A DNA stretch of 64,000 nucleotides from Haplodiscus bocki (lineage: Eukaryota): positions 177,320,001 through 177,384,000 of the forward strand of contig OZ296648.1 of the NCBI GenBank assembly GCA_965655095.1. The letters run 5' to 3'. This document shows, piece after piece, positions 21,401-35,115 of the stretch. Under the pieces are notes generated by a model. That model was given only the letters and a program-made list of their open reading frames with translations, searched no databases and had not been told where the DNA came from. Within the stretch, counting starts at the first letter, position 1; each line of letters starts with the position of its first letter. Position numbers and translations under genes: made by a program.

Positions 21401-24400
21401 CATCTCTTTCTTTTCATTTTTTTTGCATTTTTGCGTCCGGGATTTCCTCCCAAATAATCTTCCATGATTTTACAGATTCCTGGATATTCCTTCCGGAAAT
21501 CATGAAGAATCTTGGAAGGATCCTGACAGAAAATCCATCAAGTGAAACGCTGGCCATACATAATCATAATGTAGTCTTGATATTTTAAAGTGGTCTGGGC
21601 AGAACTATTTCTTATAAAATCCCAATATTACTTTTCTTCACTTTAGTTTTCACTTTCCCCGAGGACTTCTGTCGTACTACAACAAAATTGATACCAAACT
21701 GTGGAAATATCGAGATCCTACTTAAATTCTTCTCTTCTCTCTTCAAAGGTCAAATTGAACAAGTCACTTAGCACAGGGGATATAAAAATGTCGTTGTTAA
21801 AATCATCTCTTCGTTTTTTTTCTTCCCTGAAAATTCTGGTTGGAATGCAGCACCTTAGATTCGGTTTTAAGGGAGTCTGTTAATAGTGGACTGGTCCCAA
21901 GTTTTGAAAACTGAGAAAAGAGTAACATTTCTGCAAGTAAAATCATTTGTCTGAGACCGCAAACAAATCTCAAGTAACCCATATGTGATCTACTCAAAAC
22001 GGTAGAGTATAACATGGATAGAATGAAAAAGGCCCCATACCCCAGTCGAGAAGATTTATTTTTCGATTGGAGAATTAAAGATCATCATTGATTGCACGTT
22101 TTGCAATGCACTATTTTTTGAAACATCGTTATCTCATTGATGGTTCGCTGATGAATCTTCATTGAAACACCGATGTAACATCAATGAAACATAATCAACT
22201 TTCGTCGGGTTCTGGCTAATCTGACATTCGCCTGCAGGTACACATTCAAACCCCCATCATTAATAAAAACACATCCAACTTTAAAGAAGCATAAAAAATT
22301 ATGCAAACAACCAAACAAGAATTAAACTCAACGAATCAAAAACTCAAGAACTTTTTTTTTCCGTAAACTGAGAACATCCAATGGAAAGCAGAGTCGATGA
22401 ATTGGCGCTAACTATTGATCGTATTACTACAACGTAATGTGTGAGGTAACCAAAAAGAACTACAGAGATTTTATTTATTGGCACTTTTGGGACGAATGAA
22501 ACTGAGAAATCAAAATCTTTACCTAGTCAATTTTTTGAGTCTTGGCAGGTCAGGACATAGTTGATGACACTCGCTGAGTTAGTTCGTGCAGGAGCATATT
22601 CAAAACTTTGCCACTAAGAGAAGCATATCTCAATTTAGAAAAATCATCAAGCCTATGAGCTTTTACTCACCAAAACAAAAGGTTTAAAAAAATTGATATC
22701 CTTCTCAGACAGCACTAGATTCACCAGTGGAGCTGCTCGTGAACCAAGCTTACGCCTGAGCTACCTTCAAATGTGGTGACACTTAACTCCACGTTTTGAT
22801 AGGTATGTTCTTCTTCATCTCATGTGTTATTTGAGAAGTCGTTCTGGTGTTGCCTGGTCGAAATCGGGTAGATTGACGTCAAACGTGGCAAGCCTCACAA
22901 CTGCCCTACGTTGTTTCGTCCATTTTGACAGTGCTCAACTTGTTGCCTTAATCGTACTCCAACTCCTACGTTGTATCTTTTGTATCTTTGGGGCTTTTCG
23001 GTTAATGTGAAAAAAGAATATTTCGAAAACCAACCAATAAATCCGGTTGAAGTCTTTCAAAAGACACAATCGAGACGTGATTTCGTTTTCAGAGGTTTTC
23101 GAAGAGACTTCATTTTCCAAACAATTTGGTCAAAAGTGAAATTTTTGATGCCCTGGTTTCTGTAATGCCAATGCCATTACTTGTACAATTGCAGGTTTTT
23201 AGGCAGCGCTTTGGAGAATTTACTAAGAAACCCGAGTAGTACAGTATTTAGTATTTTTTGACGTGAAGACTCACAGTGTGTACAACGTTTTTCTTCTATG
23301 AAATTTTGCATCTTTACCTCGGCGTTAATTGAGCTTTGAAAACTTACGAAGAGCGAACATATACGGTATATAAAGATAACCAACAATGCTTTTGACATTT
23401 TCTTTCAAAAGTCGCCCATCACCTCACGCAAACCGTTTTTCTTGCGAAATGGTATATTAAAACTTTGAACTTTTTTGTTTTAGTAATCAATGGAACCAAA
23501 CTTCACGAGAAAAAAACAACGTGACTATAGCACATTTTCCAAAATTTTCCAAAAAAATGGGTGGCCTGTGGATATTTGGGTTGCTAAATTAGTAGCAGTT
23601 TTTGAATATTTTGCACGAACAAGATTCTGATGGGAAGAGCAGAATCAAATCTTTTTCTTTTGAAAAACCTCCTCAAGTACGGAGCTGTCGGTTGAAGCCT
23701 TTATGCAGGAAGGCAAGCTGGTAGTTTTGAAAAATCATGAGTCTGAAAACCGATAACCGAGATCGGTAATTATTAATAGCCTGTCTAACATTGTGGGCCT
23801 GTCAGGATTAGGATGCAAAGAAATACATTGCTGATATTTTGTTTAAAAATTCCTCTTCGAAAAAGAGCTGTCGACTCAGACCTTGATGAAAGAATTGAAC
23901 GATGTAGTTATGGACAAAAGTAAGTTTCAACGTTCATCAAAATCAAAACTTAAGCTTAAAGATTATATACAACAACGAACATTTTGGGAAAAAAACCTGT
24001 TGTAAGGAAGATATGAGTTTTTCGAATTTCGAGCAAAAAAACGATCCGCAGGGTTGTCAAAATTTCATTCTATGTGTGCAGAAGAACATTTTAGTGGTTG
24101 AAAAAAAAACGTGAATTCATTCCGAATGGGCATATCACCGGAGAAAAATGTCTACATACTGAGAGAATGATTTTTTTTCGTACTTTATGTTACAAGGGAA
24201 AGAACCAGGGGATTGGGTGGAAAAAGAATACGCCCATCTTTATTCTGCAAACAAGGATTGTCTTCTGAGGGTGAAGCTTGCAGCTTTCTGCGTCATCATT
24301 TTTGAACATTTTATAGCTCATTTCTTAAAAATGGAAACCAGTTTAAGAAGCTTGAAAAAATAACAAAGTGTTTCGGCAACCAAAACAATGAGTATGAACA

Positions 24401-27400
24401 CGAATGAAAAAAAAACAAAATGGGAACAAAGGAAAAAGGGAAATTTTCGAAAGTATTTATTCTTCTTCAAGTGTCTTACTAGATAAAAAATTGAATAGAA
24501 AGATTAATAGGGAAAAATTTTCTTAAAAAATTATAGAATCTATTAATAGAAAGAATATGTTTACTGTGAAGTCAATATTGTAGAGTGTTTCCTGTTGTTT
24601 TTCCGCTAGTAATTAACGGGAAAAGTTGCAGCAAAATTTTTCAACATACCTTTAAAACTTCAGAAAGTAGATAAACTTTTCAAAATATTCATGTCAACAT
24701 TTTCCTCACAAAAATCGGAAGAGTAGAAAAAATGACAATTGTCAATGATTGGCGACATTGAGCATAAATAGTTTATTTTAAACCTTCATAGCGTACACTA
24801 TGAAGAATTAATTGTGGATTTTAATAAATCATTAATTTGTTAACTTGTCAATTGCATAAACGTGTGAGGTTTTAGCTAAATTAGTTCGTGCAAAATCATA
24901 AAACATAGGCGCTAATATGCTTAGCGCAAAGCACGCGAAGGTACTAAACTTGTTAACCAAAACGCTGACCAGATGCTTATGCAATGCCAGAGAGCATATA
25001 GCGAAATCTGGGGAGGTTAGGTAGAAAACAACATTGAGATAACAGCGGAGGTTCAAGTTAACTATCCTACTTCATACAAAATTTAGCTGAGAAAAGAAAG
25101 TTTGTCATCTCAAAAGTCAGCGGAAGCCAGCCGCTGTTTAGCAAATGCTGTCTCAGACAAGCGAGCTTCCAAAAGTTGACAACTCTGTGTTAAGTGAAGA
25201 ACAACGAATCCAGAAACAAATATCGTCCCAAAAAGCCGTTTTTCTTCGATAAATATTCTCACGAAACTCGACTAAAAGAATTTTGGCGCAACCCCGAGGT
25301 CACGTGGGCACTCAAAAGAGGCTTAAAGATAATAGCAGACACATACTTCAGGCAACTTTCCAGGTGACGAGAGTACTAAATTACCGCAAAGGGCAAAAAT
25401 AATTGAAAAAAATTGATCTACACCTAAAGAGTACCTCGGCCATACAACCTATTTACGACCAAGCGTAACCTTAAATGCTCTCAACTGCTTCTCCAGGAAC
25501 TCCAGTGAGCATCACGAAGCCCAGTTTACTTTTATTGTTTGTGCAACTGGATAAAAAGTTTATCAAAGAGTCAACAAAGGTTAAGGAAACCTACTCTTTG
25601 ACAAAATTCCGCAATAAATACATGAGAAAAAATCACTGACAGTCGAAACTTGCATCAAAACTCATTGCTATGCACATTGCTCAAACATTTTTTCAATTCT
25701 AGTGATATGCATTACTTTGAGGTATGCTAAACGCGCTAAACTGTAGATAAAGCAAAAATTTCTTTGAAAAATCAATTTTCTGTTCAAAATTTTTCAGTCA
25801 AAAAACTAGGAAAAATCAAAAAATTATCGTCTGACTCCTGAATGCAACTAACCCTTCATATTCCATCACCTACCCAAAAATGGGATGCTATACATAGGAT
25901 ATTACGGCAGAGAATTGTGAAAAAGTAACACTTGCCCTCTGAAAAAATCTGGGCTTTCAATTATTTTCGCCGAAAATTTCAGCCACGTTCATTTACAACG
26001 TTGTCAAGGCAGCTAAGCAAAAAGCAAATTGATCCTCTAAATGCGTTTTTAGAAAATGAGCGTAAAATTTGAGAAAGGCAATGGGCAATTGGGAATGTCA
26101 CATCCGTTCCGAAAAAATTCAAAACTTTCATCTTTATTTGACGAAAACTGACCTGAAAATTATTTTTGGCAGAAACCATTAAAGCACGCCGCTCAACTGA
26201 ATGGCGCTCATCGATTAAGGCAAAAATATTAGCATTTCGAAGCTTACTGAGAAGACAGGACTCAAAAATATAACGTTTGTCCTCTAAAAATCTAAAAATT
26301 GAAATTTTTATCCCAAATAACTTGCAAAAAAAAGTTTTCGGCGGCCGAAAGTTTGGAATATGATAGATCGTGAACACGTCGTAATGTTTATACAAAAATC
26401 GGATGAATCGGATCAATAGGTGTTGCGAAAATTAAATTTAAAGAGTTGAAACGCAGAGGGATGTCACGGACGGGAAAAAAACGAGATCATTTTGACGTGT
26501 CTTTATGCGAAAAGGCTGCGCTCCGCCCGCCTAAAAACTCTTGTCCAAAAAACGGATTTTCCTTTAATGAACAGTTGCAACAAAGTTTAAACTATCTGAG
26601 ATTGCAAGTAATTTATAGATCTGTTGATCGAAAAAGTGAGGAGACTTCTTTAAAAATAATAATTTGAAGTAAAAAAACAATTTGTGAAAAAAATGAAAAA
26701 TTTTAGCTAGTGTTTTCGCAAAGCTTGTTCAATAAAATTAGCAAACATATATAATATGAAACTATAATAGGCGGAATCAGTAGAATTGAAACATACTGGT
26801 TTAAAAAAGCATCCCATGTTACATTGACAAAACTCACTTTGCAGCTCAGCAGATGAATATATATTTTTTGAAAAAAAAACAAGAAGAGTCAGTTAACAGT
26901 TTGCTGAGAAGTTATTTTCCAGCATAAGTTGTTCAATTTGTGCCTCCTGGTGATCTGAACTTTTTTATTTTAAACCATGATATGTGTCCGTTATTTCTGG
27001 AATTCCCAGTTCAGTCTGATGCAGCTTCATGATACTATTACAAATGTCCTGTAAAATGGCACCACACAATCATGATCTTGACAAAATTATTGCACCATTT
27101 ACCTGGGCATACATAGATCTACTTTTTAGGTTTGAAGCGATATTCATTCATTTTCCCTGATGTTAAATTGAACCGAAAGTCACACTGGGTGGATGAATTG
27201 AAAATTTTCATCTTTCTGGCGTCGGTTTTCAGTATTCATGGTGTATTTCAGGTGTTCATTGCATAGAGGGTAGCTTCTAGTTGGATATCATAGTCAGAAT
27301 TGCGACAACTAAGAACGCTCATTGTTATGGGGCAAAATGCGTGTATTTCCAATTATAAATTTCGCACAGAAGCATGATTTTTATTTGACAACAAATAAAC

Positions 27401-30105
27401 AAATTTGAGAACAAATGATCACTCACACCTCAGTCTAACCGATCCATTTCATGAAACCTCGTTGAACAACGTGCACCACACTTTGTGAAGCTTCACAAAG
27501 CTGGTAAATCAAGTTCCTCCAGTTTTCTGAAAAATCAGAGCTGCGTGACGCACGAATACCAGGAAAAAGCCCATGGAAACCGATGCAAAATTATTGCAAC
27601 TTGTCGAATGGATATTATACCACATTAAAAAAATGAATTTTGCCAGATTTTGTCTGAAACTCATATGTAAGATTATTGCCTGAAACTGCATTCTTCACTT
27701 CTCCAGAAAGGGCGAAAGAAAGAAAATTCTAGAAGAATGCGACTTGTACGAGCTTTTTAGTGCGTCCTCAAAAACCACACCAAACACGGCGCCAGAAATG
27801 TTTGCTTTTTGCTCATGAGTAAGATTTTTGTACAAATATGAATCCTAAAGAAACTGTTCTGAGTATTATCACGTGCGTTTTCATCCTTCCTAATACAATT
27901 GTAGCTAAGAGGATAATTTGGAGAGGAACCTCACCAGATTTCTAAGAAATAGCAAGTTTTGCCGTTTTTGTCTGACTCTGGAGCACCAAAAGTCCACTTT
28001 TGAAAGATATTTTCAAAATTTTAAGGTACACTTCAGAATTTTCTATTCAATTCAGATGGAGACGTAGTTGATTTGAAAGACAAAAGAGTAAAAATTGAAC
28101 AAATATTAGAAATTGATTGTTTGGACCAGAAGAAAAACACTAAAACAACGCCTTTAGATCAAAATAAATGACATCTCATTGACAACTGCAAATTATGTCC
28201 TCTTTTGTTGTTTTTCAATGCAACTGTAGCAAACGAATACAGTTAGAAGGAAAAAAGCGGAAAATCTGCACAAGTGGAAAAAGTAGCAATTCTCGTTAAC
28301 ATCTAACCAGTGAAAACCGTTTTGTTGATGAGAACTGCATTATTTATGTGTGGCGTTTTCATTTGACTAACTAGTTTAAAACAGATAATGAAGCTAATAG
28401 TGCGATAAGTGGAAAATTCTTGATATTATGGCGTCAAAAACACCATTTAGGCCTTTGGAAAATCGTAATAGCGAAAATTTCTGTTCTGCATGTCCACCTT
28501 CCTTCTTCTGTAATTCATTAGTTTGTTAAAGTAGCTAGAACGTGGATAAGGCATTAAACTTCAAAAAATCTGGGAAAATGAAGAAATTAACTTTTTTGGG
28601 CTACTTCAAAACAGTAAAAACATCATTTTTGACAAATCCTTTGAAGTTTTGGAACAATTCCTCAAAACACGTTTGAACCGATTTCGGTTCTATGCGTACT
28701 TCAAAATATAAATTCTGAGCCGAAACGACAAAAAATATGAAAAATAAAAAAAAACGAACTATTTTTGTACACTTAAGTTATGGAATTTTTCGATTTTCTC
28801 AAAAAACATCTTTATATTTTCCAGAAATTTTTCCTAGGTTTTAGCTTTGTCATTTTTCGCGCAAAATTTTTGACGTGAAAATGAGGCGAAGTAGCAAAAT
28901 TTTTTAACGGTCGAAAAATTATTTGAGTTTCGGAAAAGATGCACATTTATTTTTTTTTCAAAAAAAAAATGAAATCTCAGCCAAATTTGTGGAAAAATTC
29001 AAGAAAATGAAAGCGGAATGAAGTTCCAAAAAAAATTTCGGAAAGCAGAAAACTGATCCGTTCCGCCTGAGATATAAGCGTTTTTTTCGAAAAAGATGCC
29101 AGATTGAAAAAAAAAGAAAACGGAGCGCAGAAAAATTTGGTCGAGTGGGGATTCGATCCTAGACTAGTAACCAATCGCGCACGGTTGTCGTTATTAATCA
29201 CTAGTTCAAATGGTACATGACTTTGGTTAGATTTAACCCACTATTGGGGTCTAATGGAGAAATCAAAACAAGCGCCAGGCAAAAAAATTGAGGTCTGAAG
29301 TACTTCGCATACAAAGTATGAAAAGAAATTCCCCTTCTAGTCACTAAAATTTTCATCTAATGACTGACTGCGGCAGGGCTGAATGAGATGGTTACTATAA
29401 ACAGCATCAGAGGAGCCAGTTATGACAAAAAAACTCCAGTGAAACCAATCAAATTCCTCCCCTGATATCAGTTTTCAATATGGATGTAAGATCTGTGAAA
29501 TCATTTTACCATCATCGAGCTCTGAATCGGTGCTCTGAGTTTTACTGAGCATTTCCAGAAGCATTTTCAGCAAGGTTCGACTGTCACAGATTTTCATATA
29601 TCTCTATAAATATATCTCATATTAATAATAAAAAGCTTAGAAGATCCAGCTCTCATAATTTCGTTGTTTGAAAATTATTTTGAAACAACCACGTTTGATT
29701 CATCCAGCTTAAGAACTAGTATTACGTAACTTCATCGTTGGATAAAAATTTTTTTCGCTTTGAAGCAGTGCTAGGTTTGAACCGGTGAATCAGCTTAGAG
29801 AGAACCAGGCCCTAATTTATTGATGGTACCATTTTGACTCCAGTTTTGAAAAAAATCACCTAATCCACCTTCAAAGGAAGTAAAATTTTAGATCCCTTGT
29901 TTCTCGTCTGTACTTGATGGATGCATTTTGATGATGCGACATCAAAGTCGATTTTCATCGATTCACTAATAATTAAGACTTTTACTTTTGATACTTTCCG
30001 AAGCCCAAGTTATCCGCCAGTTTTTCAAGTCATCTCTTTAAACCACATTCGTGAAAATAGCCTAAAAATTATGTCTTGCTGTCATGAGAACAAAACCAGC
30101 TATGA

Positions 30106-30412
30106 CCCTAGTTTAGAAAAAATATAATTCTTGCAAGACTCTTGTAAATATTAAAATATCCTTGCAAAATCTTGCAAGAAAATGTATTATCCTTACATAA
30201 TCTTGCCAGATTCCCCGCAAGATATGTATGAGATTCTTGCATGGTTTGTAAAAATTTTCCAAATAATTGATTTTTTGCAAGATCTTTGTAAGTATCTTGT
30301 AAGAAATCCATTGCCTAGAAGGATCTTGCAAGATTATTGCCAGTAGTACATGGACTTGCAAGAAGTCCACTTTTTGTTGACTCTTGAATTGTATTTTGTC
30401 ATTCAACTAGGG
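30106..30412. mobile_element. CCC...GGG-terminated MITE with internal TCTTGCAAGA repeats
   Basis: TIR CCCTAGTT...AACTAGGG with extended AAAATAYAATTC match; many palindromic TCTTGCAAGA units. Confidence 0.65.
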
Positions 30413-30905
30413 AATCGATCTTTCTAAATTTAGCAGGGTACATCTATTTTGAGATAGTAGGAGGTAAAAGGTGATTTCACACAAAATGCTGACTTTTTGC
30501 CTGCGGAATTACTTTTGTTATCCAGAATTCAAGAAAACCGTACAGAATTTAGGCTTTGCGGAGACAGTCATCTTAAAAATAGGTCAGGATGTAATGCACG
30601 TTGACAATTGTCCATATTGGATTAAATTATTAGACCTTAAGGCTACCGAATCAAAGACGAAAACGATAGAATTAATGTATATTTCAAAAAAAATATTTCA
30701 AAATATATTTCCATAATTTGGCAAACGTTTGATCAATTTGCAAATTTCATTTCTGCAATTCAGTTCAAACAGAGCACAAATTGATTGCTAGTATTTAATA
30801 TTGTACATTATTCTTTGTTGCAACAAATTTGTGGTAATAAGTTGGCGTGAAAATAGCACCAAAAGAATACAAATATTTGAATTGCAGCACTTTTTTGTCG
30901 AAATC

Positions 30906-31037
30906 TCATAGGAAAGAAGATTTCACGATTCTGTCTCCGAGAGGTTGACAAGGCCGGAAGTTGTCACACATGTGACCTTCAGTGAAATCTGGCAAATCTT
31001 CCCGAGTAAAGGCTCTGAGTTTTCTGAATTTGGCCAT
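30906..31037 (-). CDS. CA8: CA8-like carbonic anhydrase-related protein, last coding exon
   Basis: TTTTAG acceptor then MAKFRKLRAFTREDLPDFTEGHMCDNFRPCQPLGDRIVKSSFL*, containing the alpha-CA C-terminal DNFRPxQPL motif. Confidence 0.9.
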   Translation of the reverse strand: MAKFRKLRAFTREDLPDFTEGHMCDNFRPCQPLGDRIVKSSFL

Positions 31038-31992
31038 CTAAAAGGAAAAGTCAATTTATAAATCATTCCTGAAACATTGTGCAAGTGTAGCTCCTGATCC
31101 CCCCCCCCCCACAAGAAAAACGTTGTAAATATGCTTGAAATGAAATGAAGCTAGCTTTACAAAATCAATTTTTTGGGGTAAAGAGAAACTTGATTTTCTT
31201 AGAGTTAATGCTTATTAATAAATGTCGGAATTTGTCCAACATTAGTATAATATCTACTAATGTAGACAACAGTTGAAAATTTTCAATGAAAAAAGTATTA
31301 GTTGTTAAAGTAAAAAATTTAATGCACTTTATACTCGTTTTATGGTAGTTTTGACAACAATGTTGTGCAATTAGCAAGTTTACTTACAGTGGTCGGAAAC
31401 GCCTATAGTGGTCAAATAAATTTTCTTGCATAGCAAAATATGACGTCTTCTTTCCCTGAGTCATCATTTTTAGCATATCCCCACAAAATAAATTAAACTT
31501 GTGGAGAGATTTTCATGGAATTTCGACACCATAAGAAACAATAGTTCAAATTCTGCTATGCGAAAATTGGCCTTTCATTTGAATTCCCCACATAAAGAAT
31601 TCACAGTTTTATAATTTAAAAATTACAATAAATTTTTTCAAGCATCCATCAGAATTTATCTCTCTGGTAGTTTTTAAAGGCAATGGAAGGAGAGGTAAAC
31701 ACTACTGGAAGGCATTATGCTCATGCCGAGAAAAACTAAAGAAATGGCATTCTATCCAAATGTACAGAAAAACGGAACGCTGTGATTTGATTATTGAATT
31801 GATTGTTGTCATGGTCGAAAAAAGGTTTTCAAGGTTTCCGCTATTCTTTGCCATGATAATGTCAAGTATTTATGTAAAGATGAGCAAAATCATGCAAGAT
31901 AGTTCAACATGGTGGGAAAGCCAATAGAATCTGAGACATTTTTTCCGGACGACAACTTATTTAAGGACTTTCATCTAGACTTATTTAACCTA

Positions 31993-32111
31993 CCCGGTTG
32001 CAGCCATGGTCAAGCATGACGATCATGCTGTGACATAGTATGATCATGGCCATGTTTTTGACCTGACGATGGCATGATCATGGCACGGTGGCCATGTTTT
32101 TCTAAACCGGG
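31993..32111. mobile_element. Short CCC...GGG MITE with CATG repeats
   Basis: CCCGGTT...AACCGGG termini; internal CATG/GATCATG repeats. Confidence 0.5.
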
Positions 32112-33749
32112 TGCATACATATGTATCACTTCGAATATTTCTTCACATGTACAAAAAAGTGAGAAAAATCAATTAATTATTACAGCAAATGTTGAGTATA
32201 AACGCGAAATTTCTACTCTTTCTTGCCAACAATTTGAGAACGCTGTTCGTGTTGCCGAAAAATTCAACCCAACAATTCTTGTTGCTCTTGCTAAATTCAA
32301 AATCTTGGGAACAAATTCAGGATACTACAGTTTTCCCAAGATCTTGGTAAGTCGAGCAAGACTCAAATCGTTTGGTGCCTCGCTATGTTTGAAACTTCTA
32401 AACGCTCATAATCTCAAAGAACAAATGGAATCTGAGGGGTTCATCAAAAGTGCCAGTTACGCGAAATTATGAGATCGGACTTTTCCGTCAAATTGGCGGC
32501 AAAAAAACTGTAGAAAACAGATGAAAATTGATTCAAAATGCTCGATTTTCTTGAAATCTGGATTTGGGATTACCTAGCGCTATGTTTTGAAAAGTCAGAA
32601 ATTCGAGAAGGTGACCATGTTTGTATTTCTGCCCACTCTTTCTCCCCGGTAGATTTATTTTGAAATTGAGTACTTCCTTTAGCAATTTAGCCACACTTTG
32701 GATTTCTAAAGCTTCATTTAGTAGAACTAGGAAACCTTCTGCCAGATCGGTGGATTAAATGTTCAATCCGTCCAAAACATTTTGAAGATCCATTCCGCGT
32801 CAAGAATATTGAGATTTCACGTCTTTTCACGGCAAATTTGATGTTTTACAAATCAAGTGTTTTTTCTTCCTTTCAAATTCCAATTCTGATGGCGCCCACT
32901 TTAACCAGTATAATCCAACCCATTTTGAGTGCTCATTTACAAAAGCGTTTTTAAAATATTTGTCTTGTATATTTCATTAACGTTCCACTTTTGATGCCTA
33001 CCTTGGAGAAACTTAGAAAGAGTGAGTTATTGCAGTTTCCATTGCAATGATTTGCTCCAACATACTTGGAAAATTTCGATTTTCTTAAGAACAGTTCTTC
33101 ACGCGTTATGCGATGTTTAATAGCATTATTTGTTATGGAAACAATGTGTTCTAATAGTTAGTTAGACGAATTGCAATGATCACTAGAAGTCAGACTGCTC
33201 GAAATCGGAGATTTTTCTGTTAGTTTCTTTATAGTCCATTGTTAAAGGTAGATCTGAGTCGAAGTTGGGACAATTATAGCAGTAATGCCTGTTCGAGGAA
33301 TCTGAAAATAGGAATTTCTCAACCTTGAAATATTCTCGAATTGAGTTAAATTCAAAAATACCTGCATCACACACTTTTTTTGCTTTGCTTTGTTGTAAGT
33401 GGAAAGGAAAGAGAACCAGAGACCAGTATAGGCTTGAATCAGTTTTTCACATTTATGTCAACCGTTACAAACTTATGTTCAATCAATTTCGGTGTTAGTG
33501 TTCTGCCTATAGAGAGAAACACTGTAATACATCACTTTCAGCCACTTCAGATCTGTGATCGCACAATTATGAAAAATTCGAAATTCCAGCTCAGATGCTC
33601 TTTACACATGTCGGGTATGAGAAGAGCGGTAGGAAATAGAAGAAAAGGGAAAAGACAAGCGCATACTATTGCATAAAGGCAACAAATTGAGGGAGAGTTA
33701 CGATAGAAACTGGAAATTGAAATCAGGAAAAAAGACAGGAGAATCAGAT

Positions 33750-34705
33750 TGTTATTTTCCGCCCATATTTAAAATATGGAGGGAAAATCATCCGCTCATC
33801 GCGAACGTTTTTTACCCGATGTTTGCCAATTGATATTGTCTGATGTTCGACTTTGTCGACCACCTTCTGAGCTTGAACAATTCTTTTGACTAAGTTATAG
33901 AAAATTTGCCGTAGAATGTGACTGAAAGATTAACATTTCTCAAAATTTCAAACTTTGGGTTTTTTTTGAAAAAAAGACGTTTTTTGGAAATAAACTTGAT
34001 TTTGTTTTCAAAATTGCTAAAGGTTTCAACTTTGCTGTAGAATGCGTAGCAACTGATAATTTTTCTCAAAAATGTTTGCCACTTCATATATGCGGTGTTT
34101 TGGCAAGAAATCAGAATTTTTCTAAAATTGGAAAAAATAGAAAGTATGATAAAAGAGTGTGTTATGGAAAAAAACACTTTTAACTTTTTAAAAGCCTTCT
34201 TTGCGAAAATGGGGAAGCAGTAAATATGTCTGTTGTAGCTGGCCGTCTTGTTCTGATATTGTGGGCTTATTCGACTTCGAGAAATGTGTCTTGGGATTTT
34301 TTTCCACCATTTTTTTATATGGAGGAATATCACACCGCGTTTTTTTAAACATTCACTTGCCAATTGCACGATTCTGGCAAATCGCGCGATTTCTAACTCT
34401 GAATTTTTTAATTACAGCAAATTCTAGTATCTAAACGAACGCTTTTTTTCCACAAAAACCGAGAAAAAATTGAGTTCTTGCGGAAAATCTTCAAATTGGG
34501 ATAAAGTAGCAAACTTGCTACAGAATATGTATAAAATGGTAAATGATGCCTTTGTTCGACAAAAATTTAGGGTTTTCTGAAAAAATTACAACCCACAAAA
34601 AACTACAATTTTGCTGCAGAATGCCTTTTTTCACCTAAAACTCATTTTAAGCATAGCTAGAAGGAGAGAAATATACCATCTGGTGATAGCCGGGCGTGTT
34701 TTTCT
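33750..34705 (+). repeat. Dispersed repeat family, copy A
   Basis: Start GTTATTTTCCGCCCATATTT..ATATGGA and end GGTGATARCCRGG are shared with 60389-60875; internal TTTGCTGTAGAAT sub-repeats. Confidence 0.65.
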
Positions 34706-35002
34706 TATAGTTATTGAGTGAAAAACACCAAACCATCAGGGTCAGGCAGCCCCAAGTTTTACTGGACAACTTCAAATCTGAGTTTGCAGGCTAAGCCTAA
34801 AAGTTGTGACATGTCATTAAATTACAAAGTGCTCTCCCCACTACTCCCAGAGGCCAACCCGGAATCTGGGGCACCAAAATTGCCGGAAGGTCAAAAATGT
34901 GACCTTATGGTCTCGTACTTAGGCTGGCTACCTTTCGCTCTCCCCATGTAGTTAGCACTACCTGAAATTTTTACAACATACGGTCATATTCCATCCACTA
35001 AC

Positions 35003-35115
35003 CTGGTTGGGTGAGATTGTGAGTGGGTATCTGTAGACAATCCATTGCACGTAGTCTATGATAGGAGGAAAGGTAGTGGAGCCAACGTAGTACCAGTAAT
35101 CTCTCAGGTCATGCT
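35003..35115 (-). CDS. CA8: CA8-like exon (113 bp)
   Basis: AG/GT-bounded; (E)[37 protein letters not shown] matches the alpha-CA YxYxGSLTxPP..W motif; phase fits neighbouring exons. Confidence 0.92.

Noticed and set aside
25979-26416. 145-aa and 159-aa (33890-34369) F/K/I-rich ORFs
   Set aside because: Composition reflects AT-rich repeats; no domains or splice support.
29135-29200. B-box-like GGATCGAATCCC on the minus strand
   Set aside because: No cloverleaf or clear A-box; at most a SINE relic, not a tRNA gene.
34740-34961. GC-richer segment with an acceptor-like site next to the CA8 exon
   Set aside because: The implied intron would be only ~40 bp, the translations are not CA-like, and the true next exon is 30906-31037.
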